Origin: Thraustochytrium aureum | Taxonomy: Eukaryota | Length of the DNA: 64,000 nucleotides | Direction of reading: 5' to 3' | NCBI GenBank assembly: GCA_012862495.1 | Contig: BLSG01000402.1 | Coordinates: 510,660 to 574,659 of the forward strand | Shown: positions 55,286 through 64,000 of the stretch, piece after piece | Layout of the letters: each line of letters begins with the position of its first letter | Position numbering within the stretch: position 1 is the first letter of the stretch | Program-made: the position numbers and the translations under genes | Notes under the pieces: generated by a model | What the model saw: the letters and a program-made list of their open reading frames with translations, nothing else | Told to the model about the DNA's origin: nothing | Databases searched by the model: none

Positions 55286-56049
55286 NNNNNNNNNNNNNNN
55301 NNNNNNNNNNNNNNNNNNNNNNNNNNNNNNNNNNNNNNNNNNNNNNNNNNNNNNNNNNNNNNNNNNNNNNNNNNNNNNNNNNNNNNNNNNNNNNNNNNNN
55401 NNNNNNNNNNNNNNNNNNNNNNNNNNNNNNNNNNNNNNNNNNNNNNNNNNNNNNNNNNNNNNNNNNNNNNNNNNNNNNNNNNNNNNNNNNNNNNNNNNNN
55501 NNNNNNNNNNNNNNNNNNNNNNNNNNNNNNNNNNNNNNNNNNNNNNNNNNNNNNNNNNNNNNNNNNNNNNNNNNNNNNNNNNNNNNNNNNNNNNNNNNNN
55601 NNNNNNNNNNNNNNNNNNNNNNNNNNNNNNNNNNNNNNNNNNNNNNNNNNNNNNNNNNNNNNNNNNNNNNNNNNNNNNNNNNNNNNNNNNNNNNNNNNNN
55701 NNNNNNNNNNNNNNNNNNNNNNNNNNNNNNNNNNNNNNNNNNNNNNNNNNNNNNNNNNNNNNNNNNNNNNNNNNNNNNNNNNNNNNNNNNNNNNNNNNNN
55801 NNNNNNNNNNNNNNNNNNNNNNNNNNNNNNNNNNNNNNNNNNNNNNNNNNNNNNNNNNNNNNNNNNNNNNNNNNNNNNNNNNNNNNNNNNNNNNNNNNNN
55901 NNNNNNNNNNNNNNNNNNNNNNNNNNNNNNNNNNNNNNNNNNNNNNNNNNNNNNNNNNNNNNNNNNNNNNNNNNNNNNNNNNNNNNNNNNNNNNNNNNNN
56001 NNNNNNNNNNNNNNNNNNNNNNNNNNNNNNNNNNNNNNNNNNNNNNNNN

Positions 56050-57841
56050 AGCAGCAGCAGCAGCGGGCCCGGCCACTGCAGTTTGTGCAGGTGAGCGAGA
56101 GGCCGCCGGTGGGCCGCGCCGTCGTCGTGAGCCGCGATTCCTCGGGGCAGCGCGACGACGGGCCGAGCGCGCCGACGTGGGCCTCCCCGGCTGCGCACTC
56201 GGCGTCGATCGGAAGCTCGCAGCGCGCTCCTGGCGCTGCTGCTGATGGGCCGGCTGCTGGACCCGCAGCTGCCCTCGGCGCCGAGTCGGGGGCTATCCAG
56301 ACCGCAAACGTCGAGGTCGCAACGAGCGGCGCCGTGAGCGTGGCGGAGGCCCTAAGCCGAGCCGCTGCGCTCGAACGGCAGCTCCTCGAGACGGAGCAAA
56401 AGCTCGCCGAGGTTGAGGAGGAAAGCTTTACGCTGAAAACCGAGCTGATTTGCAAAGCGGCAGAGGAAAAGCATGGCAAGTCGCAGCTCCTCGAGGCGCT
56501 CAACTCGCAGCTGCAGTTCAGACAGCGCGAGCTCGAGGAGAGCGATGCAGCACTGCGTGCAGAGCGCGCCCTGCGCCTGCAGTTTGAGGAGCGCTACAAG
56601 CAGGCGGTGCAACGGGAGCGCAAGCGGGCCAAGCTGGCGCTGCAGCAGGCGCAGCAGGAGCAGCAGGTCGCGGTGCGTGGGGCGCAAGCGGCTATTGTGG
56701 CGCGCTGTCGGTCTGCACCAGCACCGCCTCTCGAGCGTTGCGGCAGCGCTGCGAGCGATTGGACGCACGCGACAGAGGTCGCCGCGCCAGACGGGCACGG
56801 ACCAGCAGGGGGCACGGCCCCCTCAGGACGCCCACCACCACGCGCAGCCAACCAGCCGACCGGGCCAGCACCCCAAGCCGGAAACGGTCGGCATCTCAAT
56901 CTGCCAGACTGGATCTCCCCTTCCGAGCTCGCCACCTTGTTTCGTCTCGTGGATGCTGCCGGGGCGGCCGCCATCGGGGAGGGCGGCCTCGAGCGGGTCT
57001 TGCTCAACGAGATCATGCTTCGTGTCGACCTTGGCTCGGACGCCAAGCCGCCGGCGCCGAGGAGGCCAAAGCGCTAGAGGCCCTCCTCGCAATACTTTTA
57101 AACTGCTTGCGCCGCCAGCCGCTGACCCTCGATCACGAGATAAGCTCCAAGCTCCTGGTCCCGCTGTTCGAGGCGTTCTCTGCGCCGTCGCTGAAAACCT
57201 GGACTTTGTCGCCTCAGCCACCGTGGGAAGCCTCGGGAAGCGAAAAGCTCCAACTTGCCTCTTTCGGAGACCTGCAAGTCGGCGGCCCGGCCGGGGCAAC
57301 CTTCTCCGGCCCCGGATCAGATGGCATGGCTCTGCGCGCTCAGAAACCCGCGCGCCGCATATGCCTGCTTCCGCTCGTGCACATACTCACCCACCTTGCG
57401 CGGAACACGACAACGCCCTGCGCAAACGGAGGCCGTTTGTTCGCCTCGCTCTGCAACGTCTTGGACCTCGAGGCGAGCCCCTCACCGAAACCCGCCCATC
57501 CAGGCGCCTTCGCGTCGAAGCAAGGGGTCGCCGTCATCGCGGTGCGCCGCGGTCCATCGATCGACGCCGACGGGGCCGAGACCGCCGCTCTGCTCGAGCT
57601 CTTCGCGGCGCTCTGCCCGTCCCAGTTCAACATCGAGGAATTAGCGATTGCCCCGGACCGCCTCTTCGCAGGCCCGCCTTGCACGCACGCAGCCGCCTTG
57701 CACGCCTGCTTCTCGCTCTACATGACCTGGCCAGCGTTCTTCTCTCGATCCGTCGGCCTCGGCCTGCTCAAGACGCTGCACGATCTCACTTCGGTCCTGC
57801 CGGAGGCAGCCCTGCTCGCCGACGCCCTCAACCCCCGATAG
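56050..57841 (+). CDS. Hypothetical coiled-coil plus helical protein; 5' end in gap, frameshift ~57045, 3' end uncertain
   Basis: Heptad-rich LERQLLETEQKLAEVEEE... region in ORF 56085-57077 continues as protein-like sequence (EEAKALEALLAILLNCLR...) in ORF 56738-57841. Confidence 0.55.
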
Positions 57842-58843
57842 CCACGACCTCGCCCAACAAAACCTGGCCAGGCGCTGGCCGTGGCAGCGCCCTGCGATAA
57901 CGGCGACTACAAAGCCTTGCCTGCCTACTTCTCCTGATCCAATGGCCCTCGGCCAGCTCCACTAGTTGCACGACTTGGCTCTGGTCATCCCCGAGATATC
58001 CCTGCCTGCCCCGACGTCTGCGGCCTCGCCCTGCAAGACCCACTGGCATCGGCCAGCTCTCCCTCGCTAGCTAAGTAGAGGCCTTGCACAATCTCGGCCC
58101 TGCGACAACGACGATCTCGGCCCACAATAACTTGCCAGCCTCTTCTCCTCAACCATTGGCCTTGGCCAGCAAAGACCCTGCACAACCTCGGCCTGGACCT
58201 CGTCTTGGTCCTGCGCGATGTCCGCGACCTCNNNNNNNNNNNNNNNNNNNNNNNNNNNNNNNNNNNNNNNNNNNNNNNNNNNNNNNNNNNNNNNNNNNNN
58301 NNNNNNNNNNNNNNNNNNNNNNNNNNNNNNNNNNNNNNNNNNNNNNNNNNNNNNNNNNNNNNNNNNNNNNNNNNNNNNNNNNNNNNNNNNNNNNNNNNNN
58401 NNNNNNNNNNNNNNNNNNNNNNNNNNNNNNNNNNNNNNNNNNNNNNNNNNNNNNNNNNNNNNNNNNNNNNNNNNNNNNNNNNNNNNNNNNNNNNNNNNNN
58501 NNNNNNNNNNNNNNNNNNNNNNNNNNNNNNNNNNNNNNNNNNNNNNNNNNNNNNNNNNNNNNNNNNNNNNNNNNNNNNNNNNNNNNNNNNNNNNNNNNNN
58601 NNNNNNNNNNNNNNNNNNNNNNNNNNNNNNNNNNNNNNNNNNNNNNNNNNNNNNNNNNNNNNNNNNNNNNNNNNNNNNNNNNNNNNNNNNNNNNNNNNNN
58701 NNNNNNNNNNNNNNNNNNNNNNNNNNNNNNNNNNNNNNNNNNNNNNNNNNNNNNNNNNNNNNNNNNNNNNNNNNNNNNNNNNNNNNNNNNNNNNNNNNNN
58801 NNNNNNNTGGCGTTTCTGCTGCGGCGGTGGGGCGTTTGCGGCG

Positions 58844-59929
58844 ATGCGACTGGGGAGGGCCTGGGCGAGGAGGATGGCGGTGAGCACGTCGGCGGGACGG
58901 CCGGCGGTGCCGGCGACGATGCGAGCGGTGAGGGTGGAGGCGCCCGGCGATGCGGCCTCGCTCAGGGTCGTGGAGGACGCGCCGGTGCCGACTCTTGGGC
59001 CGCGCCAGGTGCTGGTGCGCAACGCGTGCGTTGGGCTCAATTTCATTGATACGTACCACAGGTCGGGGCTGTACACTGTGCAGCTCCCGTTCACGCTCGG
59101 CGTGGAAGGCGCTGGCGAGGTTGTCGCGCTCGGGAGCCAAGTGAGCCCCGAGGAGATTCCAAACCCAAGCCGCGTGGCCTACTACTCGGCCGGTGGGGCC
59201 TACGCCGAGTACACAGCCTGCCCGATCGACAACGTCGTGCAAGTCCCGGACGGCGTGGATGCCCCGACAGCCGTAGCATGCTTGACACAGGGGATGACGG
59301 CGCACTATTTAGCAACGAGCACTTTTCCGCTGGGACCGGGGCACACTGCCGTGGTGCATGCGGCAGCGGGCGGCACTGGCCAGCTTTTGGTGCAGGTCGC
59401 AAAGATCCGCGGGGCGCGTGTCGTAGGAACCTGCTCGGCCGCCAAGGCAGGCCTCGCCGCCGAGTGCGGCGCGGACGCTGTGGTCGTTTATGACGGCCTC
59501 AACCCCAAGCAGCTCGCCGAGGCAATCCGAGCCGAGGCCGGGGGGCGCGGCGCCGACGTGGTCTTCGACGGGGTCGGCAAGAGCACGTTCGAGGCCTCTC
59601 TGGACTGCCTGCGCAAGCGCGGGGTCTGCGTCTTGTTTGGCAACGCGTCGGGCCCGGTGCCGCCGATCGACCCACTAGCTCTCACTGCGAAAGGGTCGCT
59701 TTTCCTGACGCGGCCAAAGCTGTACGACTACTTGGAGGACCGAGCAGAGCTGCAGATGCGGTGCGGCGAGCTTTTCAAGTGGGTGCAATCCGGGCAGCTC
59801 AAGGTCAAGGTGCAGCGCAGTTTCCCACTCGCTCAGGCTGGCGAAGCGCACGCCTTCATTGAGGCTGGCAAGACGACCGGAAAGATCGTCCTAGACCCAG
59901 CCGGCGCGGACTGCGCGTGGCGGTCGTAG
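58844..59929 (+). CDS. qor: NADPH:quinone oxidoreductase (MDR/zeta-crystallin family, Qor type) with mitochondrial-like presequence
   Basis: GLNFIDTYHRSGLY, LGVEGAG, GMTAHYL, HAAAGGTG, DGVGKSTF, FGNASG, KGSLFLTRP, GKTTGKIVL. Confidence 0.92.
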   Translation: MRLGRAWARRMAVSTSAGRPAVPATMRAVRVEAPGDAASLRVVEDAPVPTLGPRQVLVRNACVGLNFIDTYHRSGLYTVQLPFTLGVEGAGEVVALGSQVSPEEIPNPSRVAYYSAGGAYAEYTACPIDNVVQVPDGVDAPTAVACLTQGMTAHYLATSTFPLGPGHTAVVHAAAGGTGQLLVQVAKIRGARVVGTCSAAKAGLAAECGADAVVVYDGLNPKQLAEAIRAEAGGRGADVVFDGVGKSTFEASLDCLRKRGVCVLFGNASGPVPPIDPLALTAKGSLFLTRPKLYDYLEDRAELQMRCGELFKWVQSGQLKVKVQRSFPLAQAGEAHAFIEAGKTTGKIVLDPAGADCAWRS

Positions 59930-60079
59930 ACGACGTGGCTCGGCTGCCAGAGTGGCGACCAGACCCGGTCGGTTCTGGATCGGGAACGAAAGTGCTCCGT
60001 TCTGCGCTACTCCTGTCCAGTGGTGAGCAAGTACCTACCTATCGATCAGTGAATCTTGATTTATCAATAGGCTAGTGTT

Positions 60080-63000
60080 TCAGCCAAAGCCAAAGCCCTC
60101 GCCGCCCTCGCGGATGGCCATGAGGAGCTTTTCGTGCAGAATCTCGTACGTAGAGTACTCCTGCGCAAGATTTATCGAGTAACAAACCCGAGCGATTCGG
60201 TCAGCCAAGACCAAACTCCAAACTCCGACGGCCGACGCCATTGCGCAGCCAGCAGCCTCCTCTCAGCCGGACAAAACTTACGGGAAGATCCAGCTGGTTG
60301 AAGCACGTGTGCGAGAGCGGCAAGCTCTTGTCCCCGCCGTACGCCTTGTGGATAGAGAACTTTTGCAGGCCGCGCATGCCCATGAGCGACTTGAACCCGC
60401 CCAGCGGAACCTTGGAGGTCCCCGTGAGGAACATGACAAACTTGGCGTGGTCCTCCTTCGTGTACGAGTTGATCGCCTTCCAAAACCAGCGGACCTGCTG
60501 AGACGAAGCGGTGTACGAGACGTACTCAGTGTTCTGCTTGAGGTCCTCCAAGTCGATCTCGGGCACGCCGCTGATGAGCAGCTCGAGCTCGTTCTCGTCA
60601 AAGATCTCGATGAGCTTGCTCGGCACCAACTCGTGGAACCCGTCGAGAAAGGCGTCGAGCTGCTTTTGCACTCCAGTCGTCATCCGGTGCTGTGTGGCCA
60701 AGCGGATGTAGTCGCGCTTATTGGCCTCTGTGACGGCGATTTTGGCGCCGCCCGGGATCAGCTCGCGCGTCTTCCGGACCCCAAACTCCTCGCTGTCCGC
60801 CGTGAAGGTCAGCTCCAGCCCGAGCTCTTCGATGTCCATCTGCAGCAGCTCCATCAGCCCGCGATAGTATTCGGGGTCGATGCTCTGCATGTCTTGCGGG
60901 GTAACCTTGCGGCCGAGCATCGTTTTGTAAACGCTGCGCACCAAGTGGATCGGCAGCAACTGGCCGTCCGCGATCGCCTTGCCAACGATGCGCCCCACAA
61001 ATTTGTAATAGTCCAGGTGCTCTGGCACGATGTACGAGCGCGGGTCGGGCTGGTACGCTGAGCTGTCCGCAGACGGCTTGAAAAGTGCATATCCAGGCTT
61101 GAACATCTCGCGTGCGAGCACCTCATACCACTCGCGGGAAACCCCGCCAGCGTCAATTCCGGGCTCGTTCGAGAAGGTAATCGAGAGACGACCGCGCATC
61201 TCCTCAGCCGTGCGGTGCTGCAGGTAGAGAAACGAGTCCTCAAACACGTGCGTACGCCGCACTTGAAGGCGGATGGGGCCCCGCATCGAGCTGGAGCGCA
61301 GCTTCTTCAGCGCCGCGCGAAAGTACTGTCGTTTATTGTCAAAGTCCACAACACCGCGGCATTTCGCATTCTTCAACAGGCACGAGAACGAACCGTCGAG
61401 CAAGCCAGGCGACTGCGTCACCAGCTCGTTCAGGATCCAACCGTTGGCGTGAACAAAGTCGACGAGCAGCGCTTCGCGGTGATCGACCACCATCGTGCCC
61501 GCCCTCTGCGCTGCCGGCCTTGGCCTGCGCATCCGCACTGCTGGCCTTGGCCTTGGCCGGATTCGCGCCGTCATCGGCAGCGCCAGCGAGGTCCGCAGCG
61601 TCTTCACCATCAACTAGCACCCCTTCGCCCCGCAACAGATCGCGGTTGCGCCGGTCCTCCTCCTCCTTCGCGCGCTGCTTCTCCTTGTCGCTGTTCGCAA
61701 AGCCGTTCACGATGAAGAAGGCCTTGACGATGGGGAGCCTCGCGTGCGCAAAGGCTAGCGCGTTGCTGTGAGCGCCACCCTTCGGGCCCTTTACAGCACC
61801 TCCTGGCGCCCCAGGCGCCGTCTCGGCACCTTGCGCAGCCGAGCCGATCCCCGATCCCGCAAGCGACGCTGCCACCGAAGCCGCCGAAACAACTGACATT
61901 CGCCGCTGCGCCGCCGAGCTCGCACTCGAAGCCCCTACCAACTCTGTGCCAGCGGCCCCGGGCAAGACCTCTTCGTCCTCTGGGACAGCAACGGCCCGAA
62001 GACACGCCGAAAGCGCTTCCCAAAGCGACTCGAGCTGTACGCCAGCGCAGAGGCGGTCCATGTCCTCCGGCGAGCCAGCCAGCCCGCGAACTGTTTTCAG
62101 CGTGCGGAGCAGCTTGAGCTCGTTCGAGCTAGACGCGAACGCCATCGAGTTGCCGGTCAGCGTTTCGTCAAGTTCACTTTCTGCCTCCAAGAGGGCGCGA
62201 AGAGCGACGAGGTCGTCCACAGCGCGCGAGCCGAGCTTCTCCGCAGCCCGGCACAACTCGCTCAGGAGCCCACGCCGGTTGCTCATCACACGCGAGAGGT
62301 TCTGGACCACCTTGGTCGCCTTGTTGAACGTCGCATCGGTACAGGTGTCCACCGTCAACACGTCAGCGAGGAAGCGGAGCCGGGCCTGGTCCACCTCGCG
62401 CGACGGCACACGGACAACGTCCGCTGCACCAGCAGGCAGCGGCTTCGCTTCGTCGCTGGCTTTGCTCTCCGTCACTTTGGCCTCGGCGCCATCGCTGTTG
62501 GCCCCCGCGCCAGCGCCTCCAGAAGAGCTGGCGCCAGCGGTGTCTCCTTGGCCCGCCTTGGCGCCCCCCTCCTCCTCCTCAGCCTTGCGCCGCGCAGATT
62601 CGAGCGGGTCCTCGAGGAGTCCAAGCGGCGCGGTCACCAAGGCCAGGAGATCCACCACACCAGAGAGGTGAACAGAGCTCAGCTTGTACTCGCGCAGCGA
62701 CAAGAGCTCCAAAATGGTCTCCAGGCAAGGGAAAGACCCGACCTCCAGCGGTTCGCCCTTCGCGCCAGGCCGGACGCTCACCACATTGGCCTTGCTTCCA
62801 CTCACCAAAAGGTGAAGCATCATCCGGCTGCTTTTCGTCCCAATGTGCTTGAGCATGTCCAGCCCGCGCCGAGCAACAAGCGGAGGGACGAGCTCCACTT
62901 CCCTCCCCTTCCAGTCTGTCGTCAGGGCGCTTGTTGTCGCGCTCGACGAAAGAGCGAACGCGGTGTCGACGGGACTGCCGAAGACGCGGCGCGGGATCCA

Positions 63001-64000
63001 CCCCAACTTCGACCCGCCCTTCACTGCGCGTGGGCTCAGCATGGTGAGGAGCGTCTCCACGACGAACACCCTGCTCTTTGGGTGCAAGCAGAGGTTGCCG
63101 AGTACTTCCTTCATGCTGCTCCGACGCGAAAGCTGGAGCAAGAAAAGCAGACGCGAAAGGGTCTGCACTTCTTCCCGCGAGACAAGTGCCTTGCCCTCGA
63201 GGTCGGCCTCGATTTGGAGCTCGTCTTTCGGGCGCGCCGGCTCGCTCGCGGCGCCTGTAGCGCCGGCCGCGGTTGCGCCCCGACCACGAGACCGGTGGTA
63301 CTCTTCCTGAGCGCGATACACGTGCCTCTGACGGAGTGCTTCGGCCTCTGCGCGGAGGTGCGAGGGGAGCTGCGCAATTACAGATTCGTCCGATGAAATG
63401 AGAACGTCGCGGCGCAGCTCAGGGTCCAGCGAGGCAATGAATGATGCCGGATCCATGTCCTCGGCGTTCGCGATGTCGGCCGGCGCCTCTGCGTGCGCTC
63501 CAGATGCGCCCGCGCCACCTCCAGAGCGAATGATCTCTTCGCGAATATCGTCTGGCATGGCGGCAAGAAATTCGTCCTGTTCCGAGTTGCTTGCGCCACT
63601 GTTCACAGAAATCCCGTGCTGTGCCAACACTTCGAGTCGCATAAAGTCGGGAAGACTTGCCCACACTTCGGGGTCCACGCCAGGCGGAATTGGCAAGTCG
63701 CCCGAGGGAGCAGCGTCAGCACCATCTGCGCCCGAAACGCCTTCGGCAGCTTCTGCGCTCTCCGCGGCGTGGGTGGCCTCCTCATCAACCTCAGCGCTAC
63801 GTGCTGCGGTAGCTCCGTCGGCAGCTTGTTCTGTGCCGGATCCTTCGCCCACCGCCGGCGCAGCGTCGTCCGTTTCCATCGCAGAGTCAGGGTCAACGGC
63901 GCTCTCGCGGTCATGACGCTCTGCGGGGATCGCGTTGCCATCAGCTCCGGTGTCCATGCTCAAAAGAAGGGCGGCAGCCAAGGAGGTCTCCTCGTCTCCG
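60080..64000 (-). CDS. HUWE1: HECT E3 ubiquitin ligase HUWE1/TOM1/UPL1-type, C-terminal part; frameshift ~61490; last exon 60160-60080
   Basis: UBM repeats (DPEVWASLP, FLAAMPDDIREE, MDPASFIASLDPELR), DFDNKRQYF, GIDAGGVSREWY, LELLISG.P.ID, SHTCFNQLDLP|EY...EGFGFG-stop. Confidence 0.93.
60161..60281 (-). other. Spliceosomal intron, 121 nt
   Basis: GTAAGT donor at 60281, GCTGAC branch, GCAG acceptor at 60161; restores the canonical HECT C-terminus. Confidence 0.92.

Noticed and set aside
7770..61490. About 15 frameshifts in long genes, read as programmed ribosomal frameshifting, RNA editing or mass pseudogenisation
   Set aside because: Both +1 and -1 indels occur, most can be placed in short homopolymers (G4 9262, A4 14532, C5 23906, A4 35632, T5 41300, G4 42142, C3 49652), and no shared slippery motif is evident. 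They hit conserved genes with intact catalytic motifs. Sequencing error is far more likely; raw reads or cDNA would settle it.
2558..64000. Clustering of proteostasis genes (E2, UBM adaptor, M50, HtrA, PSME4, HUWE1) as a functional cluster
   Set aside because: The genes are dispersed among unrelated ones, act in different compartments and belong to large functional classes; no evidence beyond chance without synteny data

Overview
Gene-dense, GC-rich, intron-poor eukaryotic draft-assembly window with 12 N-gaps. Spliceosomal GT-AG introns, cilia-type genes and the protein styles suggest a stramenopile such as a labyrinthulomycete/thraustochytrid; this is inference. About 22 protein-coding loci are supportable: class 3 lipase, long E2(UBC)-domain protein, ESF2, a cysteine-desulfurase-like/TtcA fusion, M50 protease, an EF-hand/FN3 multidomain protein, an EGF-like/multipass membrane protein, a p25-alpha-like protein, a UBM/SHOCT adaptor-like protein, ADA2-type deaminase, CFAP92-like protein, HtrA protease, PSME4/Blm10, CAMKK-like kinase, DENND6, a large PqiA-domain membrane protein, an ABC ATPase tail, quinone oxidoreductase, a HUWE1/TOM1 HECT ligase and a few hypotheticals. 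Many long genes are split by single-base frameshifts, mostly in short homopolymers, which are best read as sequencing errors. The best novelty candidates are: (1) a nuclear gene fusing a PLP cysteine desulfurase to bacterial-type TtcA, a possible self-contained tRNA/RNA thiolation enzyme; (2) a ~1600-aa eukaryotic PqiA/LetA-type transporter fused to a large ectodomain; (3) a protein with EF-hands nested inside FN3 domains plus PriCT-2-like motifs; (4) a bacterial-type site-2 protease with a mitochondrial-like presequence. No rRNA, tRNA, CRISPR array or recognisable transposon was seen. All family calls are from motif recognition; no database search was run.
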